DNA of 64,000 nt from Vicinamibacterales bacterium (lineage in GTDB: Bacteria; Acidobacteriota; Vicinamibacteria; Vicinamibacterales; UBA8438), in NCBI GenBank assembly GCA_965215155.1, contig CBDCCY010000002.1:559698-623697 (forward strand), read 5' to 3'. Positions within the stretch are counted from its first letter, which is position 1, and every line of letters starts with the position of its first letter. This document shows positions 1-9,010 of the stretch, piece by piece. The position numbers were made by a program, and so were the translations under genes. The notes under the pieces were generated by a model. That model was not told the origin of the DNA, made no database searches, and worked only from the letters and a program-made list of their open reading frames with translations.

Positions 1-720
1 TCGATGGGCCTCGCGGCCGAAGCGGTCGTCGAGCGCTACGGCGTCAGCCGCGAGGACCAGGACAGCTTCGCGGCCGGCAGCCACCAGAAGGCGGCCGCGG
101 CCATCGACGCCTGCTGGTTCAAGGACGAGATCCTGCCGGTGGAGATCCCGCAGCGGCGCGGCGATCCGATCCGACTGGAGTACGACGAGGGCGTGCGGCC
201 CGATTGCACCGCCGCGTCGCTCGGGCGGCTGCGGCCGGCGTTCAAGAAGGACGGCGGCACCGTGACGGCCGGAAACGCGCCCGGCGTGAACGACGGCGCG
301 GCGGCGGTCGTGGTCATGGCGGCAGAGAAGGCGGAGGCGCTCGGGGTGGAGCCGCTGGCCCGCATCGTCGGCCAGGCCGTGACCGGCCGGCCGGCCAAGT
401 GGCTGCTGATGACCCCGGTCGAGGCGGTTCGGAAGGTGCTGGCGAAGGTCGGCTGGCGCCTCGACGACGTCGACCTGATCGAGCTCAACGAGGCCTTCTC
501 GGCCCAGGCGGTCGCGGTCATCCGCGAACTCGGCGCGGATCCCGCCCGCGTCAACGTCAACGGCGGCGCGGTCGCCCTCGGCCATCCGATCGGCGCGAGC
601 GGCGCCCGCATCCTGACGACGCTGCTCTACGCGCTCCGGAACCGCGGTCTGAAGCGGGGCATCGCCACGCTCTGCCTGGGCGGCGGGAACGGCGTGGCCC
701 TCGCGGTCGAGCGCGTCTGA
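1..720 (+). CDS. Acetyl-CoA acetyltransferase (thiolase), 3' part; 5' end outside window
   Basis: Translated ORF 4..720 shows thiolase C-terminal motifs ([35 protein letters not shown]); frame is open at the window edge. Confidence 0.95.
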   Translation, partial: SMGLAAEAVVERYGVSREDQDSFAAGSHQKAAAAIDACWFKDEILPVEIPQRRGDPIRLEYDEGVRPDCTAASLGRLRPAFKKDGGTVTAGNAPGVNDGAAAVVVMAAEKAEALGVEPLARIVGQAVTGRPAKWLLMTPVEAVRKVLAKVGWRLDDVDLIELNEAFSAQAVAVIRELGADPARVNVNGGAVALGHPIGASGARILTTLLYALRNRGLKRGIATLCLGGGNGVALAVERV

Positions 721-743
721 CCTCGGTCACGCATCGTCCGGCG

Positions 744-1817
744 TCAGTCACGCATCGTCCAGAAGGCGATGCCCCCGGCCTGCTTGCCGACGTTGGCGGT
801 GCCGACGCGCTCGCCCGTCGGCACGTGGTAGACCTCGACCGTGCCCGGCTCGCTGCCGACGCCTTCCAGCGTGACGAAGGCGTACCGGCCGTCCGGCGTG
901 ATGACGACCCCGTGCGGAATGGTGCGCGTGGTCGCGACGCGCGCGCGTTCCTCGCCGGTCGCGAGATCCCAGAAGCCGACGGCGGCTCCCCCCTTGTAGG
1001 TGGCCACCAGCGTCGACCCGTCGGGAGTCACGTCGAGGTTGTACGGCCCCGCCCCGGTCTCGAACGTCCGGTCCACCGTCCACGTCGCGAGGTCGACTTC
1101 GAAGATGCGCGCCACGTTGTTCCCGGTGACGTAGACCTTGCCGCCCGCCGTCGGGGCGGTCACCCAGGTCGGCTGCACGCCGGCGCCGAGCGGGAGGCGG
1201 CGGCGCACCGCGAACGCGAGCGCGTCGACCTCGACCAGTTCGGAGTCCATCATGTTGACGGAGTAGTGGCGCGTCCCGTTACGGTCGAAGCGCGACCCGT
1301 GCGGCATGACGCCGGTCGGGATGCGGGCGACCTCGATCATCGTCTCCGCTTCCACGGCGGAGATCGTGCTCGGCTCCATCGCCCCGTGCAGGTTGAAGTT
1401 GACGACGTACAGCAGGCCGGTTGCCGGCGAGACCGCGAGCGTGGCCGGGAACAGGCCGAGGGTGACGTCGCCGGCCCACAGGTCGGTACCCGTCTCGTAC
1501 TTGTGCACGGAACCGAACGGGAAACCGTGCGCGATGGCGACGTACCAATGGCGGCCGTCGGGGCTCACGGTGATCCCGTGCGGCCCCTCGGTCTCGGTCG
1601 GATAGCTGCCCACCGTCACCGTCTTCACGACCTCCACGCCGCCCGGGCCGTAGCGGACGACGGAGACCTCGTCGTCCGACTCGGCGCAGACGTACACGTA
1701 GTAGCTGTGCGGCGGCGTCCCGGGCGTGGCCCCGGCGCTCTCCGGAGCGGCGGCGGCACCCGTGAGGACGGCCGCGAGCAGGGTCGCCGCCCGACGGCCG
1801 GCGCGCGGAGTCGTCAT
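744..1817 (-). CDS. YncE/YVTN-type beta-propeller exported protein
   Basis: Repeated units such as GPHGITVSPDGRHWYVA, GPYNLDVTPDGSTLVAT, IPHGVVITPDGRYAFVT; signal peptide after MTTPRAGRR; the ORF track start at 2417 is over-extended. Confidence 0.8.
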   Translation of the reverse strand: MTTPRAGRRAATLLAAVLTGAAAAPESAGATPGTPPHSYYVYVCAESDDEVSVVRYGPGGVEVVKTVTVGSYPTETEGPHGITVSPDGRHWYVAIAHGFPFGSVHKYETGTDLWAGDVTLGLFPATLAVSPATGLLYVVNFNLHGAMEPSTISAVEAETMIEVARIPTGVMPHGSRFDRNGTRHYSVNMMDSELVEVDALAFAVRRRLPLGAGVQPTWVTAPTAGGKVYVTGNNVARIFEVDLATWTVDRTFETGAGPYNLDVTPDGSTLVATYKGGAAVGFWDLATGEERARVATTRTIPHGVVITPDGRYAFVTLEGVGSEPGTVEVYHVPTGERVGTANVGKQAGGIAFWTMRD

Positions 1818-1827
1818 CGCTGCACCC

Positions 1828-3900
1828 CTACTGCGGCTCGCCGATGATGCGCGCAGGCCCGCTGCGCTCCACGAGCCGCACGGCCCACAAGCCGCTGTTG
1901 TAGTCCGTGAAGAAGATGTGGCCCTTGTACGGCTGCGGTCCCCAGACGAACGGGGCGTTGGCGACGAAGCCATCCGGATCGAAGGGCACGAACATCGCGA
2001 TCTCGCGGCCCTGCCGGTACAGGTCGCCGAGGAGCTCGCCGGAGACGTCGACGACGCGGAGGCCGCCCGGATAGTAGTAGCCCACGTAGAGGACGTCGTC
2101 CTCCACCCAGAGGTTGTGCGACCCGGCCTCCGGAACCTGATAGCGCGCCACCTCGCGCGGGTCGTCCCAGTCGCTCCAGTCGATGACATGGATCCAGCCG
2201 GCGGTTCGCATCGGCGTACCGCCGCCCTCGTCCCGCTCGACGCCCGAGGCGCCGTAGGGGTACGCCTCGTCGCCCGCGAAGAGGTAGAACGTACCGGTGG
2301 AGCGGCTCTTGTAGGGAAACGCGGCATGGTTCCAGCCGCTCGGATAGGCGTAGCGCCCGAGCTCGACCGGCCTCTGCGGCGTTCCGCCCCGGCCGCCGCC
2401 GCCGACGTCGAACGCAACGACCCCGTCGGTCCAGTTGGAGGAGAAGGCCACGCCGTCGGTCACCCAGACGTCGTGGACGGCATGACCGGGCGTGTCGAGC
2501 TCGACGCGCCCCACGCGCTCCGGGTTCCGGGGATCCTCGATGCTGACGATGTCGTAGCGGCGCCCGGCGCTCAGGGCATAGACGTGGTCCTCGTCGATGA
2601 AGACGTTGTGGACGCCCCCCGTCAACTGATCGGTGAACTCCGACAGCACCGGCACGCCCTCCCGCGGGTTGCCGACGCCGAGGACGACGAAGCCGTTGCG
2701 CCGATTGGATGCACCCTCGCGGCTGATGACCGCGATGTCCCCCGCCGCCGACACCTTCACGTCGTTCACCGAGCGCGCGTCGACCTGCGGTGCATGGAGC
2801 CTCTCGATCCGCGACGGATCGGTGACGTCCCAGACGTAGGCGTGGCCGTCGGCGCCCCACGTGCCGGTGATCGCGTAGTCGCGGCCGTCCGTCCCTTCCC
2901 AGACCCACAGATCCGACGAACGGCGATCGAGCACCCGGCCGCGGCCGACCACCTCGATGCCCCGGCGGACGTCCCGCGGCGTAATCGCTACCGTCTTCGT
3001 CGCCGAATGGGCTCCCGTGGTTGCCACTACCGTGTACGTGCCGGACCTCTCCGCCACGAACCGTCCGTCCTCGCTGATGTGGGCCGGCGAGCCGGCCGCG
3101 ATGATCCCGGGCGCGGTCTCGCCGCCGACCGCGAACTGGACCGGCATTCCCCGGACGGCCAGCCCGCGCGCGTCGCGGGCGGAAGCCGTGAAGCGGATCA
3201 CGTCCCCCGTCCGACCGCCCTCCGCGCTGGCGTCGAGATCGAGAGCGGTCGTGGGGTTGTCCTCGACCTCGATCGACAGGGTATCGAGCACGTCCCCGGC
3301 CCGGGCGGTGATGTCGACGGCTCCGGGGCGGCCGAGCGTCAGGAAGCCGAACCCGTCGATCGCGGCCGTTCGAGAATCGCTGCTGCCGAAAACGACCGGG
3401 ACATCGTCGCGCGTCGTGCCGGTCGCGTCGACGACCGTCGCCCGCACGCGGGGTCGGGTGCCGACGTAGAACCTCGGGGGAACGTCGTGGAACGACACGC
3501 GCTCCACCGGCGGCAGCGGCACCGTGACGGCAATCTCGGCTCGGGCCCGCATCTCCCCCCGCGGGCTCCGGTCCGTCGGATCGGCCGGCACGAGCGCGAC
3601 GAGCGTGAACTCGCCGGGGCGGTAGGCCTCCACCTCACCGGCCTGCGTGACCCCTACACTGGCGCGCGCACGGGAGTAGAAGACGACCGTTGCGTCGTCG
3701 ACGACGTCGCCGTCGGCATCGCGGACCGTCGCGGCCAGCGTCTGCTTCCCCCCGACCTCCAGCGTCACGGACTCCGGCTCGACGGTCACCGTCCAGGCCC
3801 GTTCCTCGCCCTCCTGCTGTCCCGTCGCCGCACCTGCCGGAAGCGGAGCCGAGAGAAAGGCCGCGGCGGCCAGCAACGCGGCGCAGCGGGATCCTGTCAC
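1828..3900 (-). CDS. LVIVD-type beta-propeller exported protein with bacterial Ig-like segment
   Basis: GTG start with GGAGG upstream (VTGSRCAALLAAAAFLSAPLPAGAA); Ig-like N-terminal segment then repeats such as GVERVELDTPGHAVHDVWVTDGVAFSSNW. Confidence 0.7.
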   Translation of the reverse strand: MTGSRCAALLAAAAFLSAPLPAGAATGQQEGEERAWTVTVEPESVTLEVGGKQTLAATVRDADGDVVDDATVVFYSRARASVGVTQAGEVEAYRPGEFTLVALVPADPTDRSPRGEMRARAEIAVTVPLPPVERVSFHDVPPRFYVGTRPRVRATVVDATGTTRDDVPVVFGSSDSRTAAIDGFGFLTLGRPGAVDITARAGDVLDTLSIEVEDNPTTALDLDASAEGGRTGDVIRFTASARDARGLAVRGMPVQFAVGGETAPGIIAAGSPAHISEDGRFVAERSGTYTVVATTGAHSATKTVAITPRDVRRGIEVVGRGRVLDRRSSDLWVWEGTDGRDYAITGTWGADGHAYVWDVTDPSRIERLHAPQVDARSVNDVKVSAAGDIAVISREGASNRRNGFVVLGVGNPREGVPVLSEFTDQLTGGVHNVFIDEDHVYALSAGRRYDIVSIEDPRNPERVGRVELDTPGHAVHDVWVTDGVAFSSNWTDGVVAFDVGGGGRGGTPQRPVELGRYAYPSGWNHAAFPYKSRSTGTFYLFAGDEAYPYGASGVERDEGGGTPMRTAGWIHVIDWSDWDDPREVARYQVPEAGSHNLWVEDDVLYVGYYYPGGLRVVDVSGELLGDLYRQGREIAMFVPFDPDGFVANAPFVWGPQPYKGHIFFTDYNSGLWAVRLVERSGPARIIGEPQ

Positions 3901-4131
3901 GTCGCCCTCCTCCTGATCGTGTCCGCGCACGGAACGCGGGCCACGCGCGCCGCCTCGGCGCCCGGGCCTCACGCAGGATCAGCGTAACATCCCTTGAGGA
4001 TTTCCGCCGGCTGCAGTTCCTGCCCGGCGGGGCGGCGACGGAGCATGCGAGAATTGCATCGCGGAGCCCATGGGGCGAAAGTCCGCCTCTCGGGTAAGGC
4101 ATTTGTAATCACTCATATAGGGTTTCCTGAC

Positions 4132-4160
4132 GTAGACGTTTTCGCTTCTCCGTGGTATGG
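4132..4160 (+). promoter_or_regulatory. Possible sigma70-type promoter upstream of recA
   Basis: TAGACG - 17 nt - TATGGT located just upstream of recA; no LexA box confidently recognised. Position approximate. Confidence 0.25.
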
Positions 4161-4220
4161 TACGGCTCTCGCATCAGTCGTGGCGAGTCGCCGCGACCCG
4201 CGGCGCGAACGGGAGCCAGC

Positions 4221-5288
4221 ATGCCGACACCGACCGACCGTCTCGAACGGGAGCGAACCAAGGCCATCGACATCGCCGTCGGCCAGATCGAAAAGCAGTT
4301 CGGCAAGGGCTCGATCATGCGGTTGGGCCAGGACGGCGCCCTGACGGGCGTCACCAGCATCTCGACCGGGGCGATAAGCATCGATTACGCGCTCGGCGTC
4401 GGCGGTGTGCCCCGTGGCCGCGTGGTCGAGATCTACGGTCCGGAGGCATCCGGCAAGACGACGCTCGCCCTCCAGGTGATCGCCCACGCGCAGAAGCGCG
4501 GCGGCAACGCGGCGTTCGTCGACGCCGAGCACGCGCTCGACCCGACCTACGCGACCCGCCTCGGGGTCGACCTCGACAACCTGCTCGTCTCGCAGCCGGA
4601 CCACGGCGAGCAGGCCCTGGAGATCGTCGAGGTCCTCGTCCGCTCCGGAGGCGTCGACGTAGTGGTCGTCGACTCGGTTGCCGCGCTCGTGCCCCGCGCC
4701 GAGATCGAGGGCGAGATGGGCGAGGCCCAGGTCGGCCTCCAGGCGCGCCTGATGTCCCAGGCCCTGCGCAAGCTGACCGGCGTCGTCGCGAAATCGAAGA
4801 CGTGCCTCATCTTCATCAACCAGCTTCGCGAAAAGATCGGCGTCATGTTCGGCAACCCCGAGACCACGACCGGGGGACGCGCCCTGAAGTTCTACTCGTC
4901 CGTCCGGATCGACATCCGCCGGATCGGCGCCATCAAGGACGGGGAGCGCGTGGTCGGGGGCCGCACGCGCGTCAAGGTGGTCAAGAACAAGGTGGCTCCG
5001 CCGTTCCGGGTGGCCGAATTCGATGTCGTGTACGGGGAAGGGATTTCCCGCGAAGGCGACCTCCTCGACCTTGCCGTCGACCGGCGGATCGTCGAGAAGA
5101 GCGGCGCCTGGTTCTCGTACGACGGCGAGCGGCTCGGCCAGGGACGCGAGAACGTGAAGGGACTGCTCCGCCAAAAGCCGGAACTCTTCCAGGTGATCGA
5201 GCAACGCGTCCGGGCGGATCTGGGCCTCCAGGGCGAGGCCCCGGCGGCGCAGCCGGCCGCGGCACCCGCCCTGGAGTCTGCGCGGTAG
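4221..5288 (+). CDS. recA: Recombinase A
   Basis: [65 protein letters not shown]. Confidence 0.98.
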   Translation: MPTPTDRLERERTKAIDIAVGQIEKQFGKGSIMRLGQDGALTGVTSISTGAISIDYALGVGGVPRGRVVEIYGPEASGKTTLALQVIAHAQKRGGNAAFVDAEHALDPTYATRLGVDLDNLLVSQPDHGEQALEIVEVLVRSGGVDVVVVDSVAALVPRAEIEGEMGEAQVGLQARLMSQALRKLTGVVAKSKTCLIFINQLREKIGVMFGNPETTTGGRALKFYSSVRIDIRRIGAIKDGERVVGGRTRVKVVKNKVAPPFRVAEFDVVYGEGISREGDLLDLAVDRRIVEKSGAWFSYDGERLGQGRENVKGLLRQKPELFQVIEQRVRADLGLQGEAPAAQPAAAPALESAR

Positions 5289-5328
5289 AAGGGCGCGGCC
5301 GCCCGCCGCCGAAGGGCGCGCGGTCGAG

Positions 5329-5745
5329 CTACGGCGGAGACCCGGGGGGTTGCGGCGTCCGCTTCACTACGAACACCAGTTCGCCGGGCCGCATCAGGCC
5401 CAGTTCCTCACGCGCGACCGCCTCGATCGCGCGCGGGTCCTCGCGCAGCCGGCGGACCTGTTCGCGCAGCGCCGCGTTTTCCCGCCGGATGTCCGCAATG
5501 CTTGCGGTCAAGGCGCCATGCGCCCGACCCGCCGTCAGTCTGGCAAACAGGCCGCTCTCTCCGGCCAACGCGTTCGCGACGAGCATGCTGGCTACGAAGA
5601 TGAGCAGCCAGCGCGTCCTCCGGCGCTTCAGGTTGCGTCGAGCGACGCCGACGAGGGGGGCGGCCGGGTCGGGCGGCTCGTCGACCGATTCGGGCTGGCC
5701 CACCGGGGCGAGCCCCGACAGGCCCAGAGTGCTCAGCTTACTCAC
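5329..5745 (-). CDS. Septum formation initiator (FtsB/DivIC-like) protein
   Basis: TM segment followed by coiled coil (IADIRRENAALREQVRRLREDPRAIEAVAREELGLMRPGELVFVV); GTGA overlap with the upstream M16 stop. Confidence 0.75.
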   Translation of the reverse strand: MSKLSTLGLSGLAPVGQPESVDEPPDPAAPLVGVARRNLKRRRTRWLLIFVASMLVANALAGESGLFARLTAGRAHGALTASIADIRRENAALREQVRRLREDPRAIEAVAREELGLMRPGELVFVVKRTPQPPGSPP

Positions 5746-7253
5746 GGCGAAGAAGGGTACTCCATCGTGAACGGGTCCGGCAGCGGGATTCGGGTCGGCG
5801 CGCCGTCGGCCAATCGGTCGAGCGTGTAGTCCGGGTTGTCCGGGTCGCCCTCCGCAATCGTCGCCAGGTCGCCGACGACGAGAAGGACGAGCTGGTCGGG
5901 GTGCAGGTACTCGCGCGCCACACGGAGGACGTCGTCGGCCGTCACGGCGGCGATCCGCTCGCGGTAGGTCGCGATGTACGACGGATCGCGCCCGGTGTAC
6001 TCGTCGTTGGCGAAGAGGCCGGCCGTGGACGCGGCGCTCGAGAAGTTGCGGCTGAACGTCTCGACGAACGAGGCAATCGAGGTGTTGAGCTCCGCCTCCG
6101 AGACCGGTTCGGACCGGATGCGCTCGATCTCCTCCAGCACGATGGCTGCGGCGCGCGCGACGGTCTCGCTCCGCGACTGGAAGCTGGCGCGGAACGTCCC
6201 CTCGTAGTACGTGCCGAGCGCGAAGGACGAGTAGGCCCCGTAGGCCAGTCCCTCGTCGGACCGAATCCGGGTCAGCAGGCGGGCGCTGAAGCCGCCGCCG
6301 CCCAGGATGTCGTTCATCACGATCAAGGCGTAGCGGTCGGGGTTGTCGCGCGTCGTGCCGAGGTGCCCGATCGATACGCGCCCCTGGTTGACGTCGTCCT
6401 TGTCGACGACGTACAGGCCGCTCTGCGGCTGGTGGTTCGGCAACGGTACGGCGGCGACGGCCGCGGCGGTCGCGGGCCAACCGTCGAGGCGGGCCTCGAT
6501 CCTCGGCAGGATCTCCTCCGGCTCGACGTCGCCGGAGATCGCGAAGACGAAGCGGCCCGGGTGGTAGTGCTCGCGGTGGAACGCGACCAGGTCGTCGCGC
6601 GTGATGCCGTCCACGTCCGCCTGCGTGACCGGCCGCGTCGTGAAGTGTCCGTCCCCGCGCAACAACCGGCGCCACTCCCGCTGCTCGATGCCCTGCGTGC
6701 TGTCGTTCCGCCGTTCCATCTGCTGCAGGAGCTGGCTCTTCGCCAGGTCGAGCCGATCCGGGTCGAACCGCGGCGAGCGCAGCATCTCGAAGAAGAGATC
6801 GAGCGTCTGGTCGAGGTCCTTCGTGAGGCAGTTCATGCTGGCGCGCCCGACGGTGTCGTCGATGCCGGAGCGCAGGTTCGCAGCCAGGAACGCCACCTCC
6901 TCGTCGAAATCCCCGGGTGCGAGGCCGGCCGTGCCGCCGGCGCGCATCTGGCCGCCGACGAGCGACGCCAGCCCGGCCTTGCCGGGCGGCTCCAGGTAGG
7001 AGCCGGTGCGCACGAGCACGCTGACGGTGACCAGCGGCAGCGTGTGGTCCGGAACGACGAACGCAACGACACCGTTCGACAGGACGTGCCGGTGGCTCGC
7101 CGCGTCGGGCGGGTCGAACTCCAGCGGCTCGAAGTGGAGGTCGCTGGGATGGGCCGGAATCGGTTGGGCGCCGGCAGGCGCCGGCGGCCACACGGCAAGC
7201 GCGAGCAGGCAAGCGGCCGCAAGCGCGCCGCGGAACGGACGCGCGCCCGTCAT
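5742..7253 (-). CDS. M16 family peptidase-like protein, exported (apparently without a canonical HxxEH)
   Basis: M16-type sequence (HVLSNGVVAFVVPDHTLPLVTVSVLVRTGSYLEPPGKAGLASLVGGQM); domain layout typical of paired M16 proteins. Confidence 0.85.
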   Translation of the reverse strand: MTGARPFRGALAAACLLALAVWPPAPAGAQPIPAHPSDLHFEPLEFDPPDAASHRHVLSNGVVAFVVPDHTLPLVTVSVLVRTGSYLEPPGKAGLASLVGGQMRAGGTAGLAPGDFDEEVAFLAANLRSGIDDTVGRASMNCLTKDLDQTLDLFFEMLRSPRFDPDRLDLAKSQLLQQMERRNDSTQGIEQREWRRLLRGDGHFTTRPVTQADVDGITRDDLVAFHREHYHPGRFVFAISGDVEPEEILPRIEARLDGWPATAAAVAAVPLPNHQPQSGLYVVDKDDVNQGRVSIGHLGTTRDNPDRYALIVMNDILGGGGFSARLLTRIRSDEGLAYGAYSSFALGTYYEGTFRASFQSRSETVARAAAIVLEEIERIRSEPVSEAELNTSIASFVETFSRNFSSAASTAGLFANDEYTGRDPSYIATYRERIAAVTADDVLRVAREYLHPDQLVLLVVGDLATIAEGDPDNPDYTLDRLADGAPTRIPLPDPFTMEYPSSP

Positions 7254-9010
7254 CGTTCACCTCCGAGCTCCGCGAGACGCCGCTCGAGCAACTCCTGCAG
7301 CGCGTCGGCCATGTCCTGGCTCTCCGGCGGCAACTGGGCGCGCATCTGATCCGCCTGCGCGAGGAACTGGCGCAACTGCTCCTCCCCCATCTGCCCCATC
7401 ATGGCCCGCAACTGCTCCACCTGCTGCCGCTCCTCGTCGCTCAGGCCCGCCAGCAGCGGATCCGGCTCGGCGTCGTCGCCGCCTTCCCGGTAGTAGACGG
7501 CGACCGCGCGCGACTCCGGCGTGAAGTACTTCTGCGCGACGCGCATGACGTCGGCCGCGGTGACGGCGTCGTAGAGCGCCGGATCCGAGTTGATGTGTTC
7601 CCAGCCTCGATTGCCCTCCCGTATCAGCAACTGCATCATCAACTGGAAGTTGCCCTGGAGGCCGCGGAAGTTGCCCGCCGCGTTCTGATTCTTGACCTTC
7701 TGGAGCTCCCGGTCCCCGACGGGCTCGGTCTTCAGCCGCTCGAGCTCCGCGTAGATCGCCTGCTCGACCTCTTCGGGCGTCCGCCCCTGCCGCGCCGTGC
7801 CGCGCAGCTCGAACATGCCCTCGAAGCTGAATCCCGCCTGGCCGCCCGACGCCCGGGTGGCGACCTCCTGCTCCTCGACGAGCGCCTTGTAGAGCCGCCC
7901 CGTGCGGCCGTTCAGGAGTTGCCCGAGGACGACCAGGGCCGGCTCGTCGACGTGGCCGTCGCGCACCGAGTGGTAGCGGATCGCCACCTGCAGGTTGGTG
8001 TCGGCATGGGCCACCATGCGCGTCTCGGCGAGCTGCGGCATCTCCCGCGTCCGGGGTTCCTGCGGCGGGCGCGCGCCGCGCTCGAGCCGGCCCAGGTAGC
8101 GCTCGGCGAGCGCGATCGCCTGGTCCGGGTCGAAGTCGCCGACGAGCGCCGCCGCGAGGTTGTTGGGCGCGTAGTAGACGTCGAAGAACGCCAGGGCCTC
8201 GTCGCGCGTGAGGCCTTCGAGGTCGCTCGGCCAGCCGATGACCGGCGTGGCGTAGGGCGAAGACTGCCAGAAGAGCGAGTTGAACTGTTCCTCGAACTTC
8301 CCTATCGGCGTGCTGTCGATCCGCAGCCGCCGCTCCTCGTGCACGACCGACCGCTCGGCGTAGAACTCGCGGAAGACCGGGTTGGCGAGCCGGTCGCTCT
8401 CCATCCAGAACCAGAGCTCGAGCTTGTTGGCCGGGACGTTGACGAAGTAGATCGTGAAGTCGTAGCTGGTCCCGGCGTTCATGCCCGACGCGCCCTGGCC
8501 GGTGTAGATGCGGCTGAAGTCCTCCTTGATCAGCAGATCGCTCTGCCGGGCCAGCAGCTCCTCGAACTCCGCCAGCAGCTCCTGATGCCGCGGCGTGCGC
8601 ACGGCGGGGTCGTCCGCGTCCTCGATCTGCCCCAGCTCGTAGGCCCGCTCCAGCTCCATCTGGGCGCTCTGGATCGCCGCCCGCAACTCGTCGAGGCGGG
8701 CGATGATCTGCAGGTCCTCCTCGATGTTCCGGGTGCCTATCGTCCGCGTCCCCTTGAACATCATGTGCTCGAAGAGGTGCGCCACGCCGGTGATGCCCGG
8801 CCGCTCGTAGACCGATCCGACCTTCGCGATCCAGCCCGCCGCGACGTTGGGGTCGCCGGGGCGCGGCACGAGCAGCAGGGTCAGGCCGTTGTCGAGCGTG
8901 TGCTCGATGACCTGCACGTCCTGCGCCGCGGCCGGGCCGGCGACGAGGACGGCGGCAAGCGTGAGCGCCGAGGGCAGGCGCCGCGACATCCGTGAGATCC
9001 TCTGCGACAT
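7250..9010 (-). CDS. M16 family metallopeptidase
   Basis: HLFEHMMFKGT (HxxEH), signal peptide after MSQRISRMS; overlaps start of next M16 gene. Confidence 0.92.
   Translation of the reverse strand: MSQRISRMSRRLPSALTLAAVLVAGPAAAQDVQVIEHTLDNGLTLLLVPRPGDPNVAAGWIAKVGSVYERPGITGVAHLFEHMMFKGTRTIGTRNIEEDLQIIARLDELRAAIQSAQMELERAYELGQIEDADDPAVRTPRHQELLAEFEELLARQSDLLIKEDFSRIYTGQGASGMNAGTSYDFTIYFVNVPANKLELWFWMESDRLANPVFREFYAERSVVHEERRLRIDSTPIGKFEEQFNSLFWQSSPYATPVIGWPSDLEGLTRDEALAFFDVYYAPNNLAAALVGDFDPDQAIALAERYLGRLERGARPPQEPRTREMPQLAETRMVAHADTNLQVAIRYHSVRDGHVDEPALVVLGQLLNGRTGRLYKALVEEQEVATRASGGQAGFSFEGMFELRGTARQGRTPEEVEQAIYAELERLKTEPVGDRELQKVKNQNAAGNFRGLQGNFQLMMQLLIREGNRGWEHINSDPALYDAVTAADVMRVAQKYFTPESRAVAVYYREGGDDAEPDPLLAGLSDEERQQVEQLRAMMGQMGEEQLRQFLAQADQMRAQLPPESQDMADALQELLERRLAELGGER

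Noticed and set aside
204-3987. Long plus-strand ORFs 204..1847 and 1726..3987
   Set aside because: Antisense/out-of-frame to the thiolase and the two beta-propeller genes, whose products have coherent motifs.
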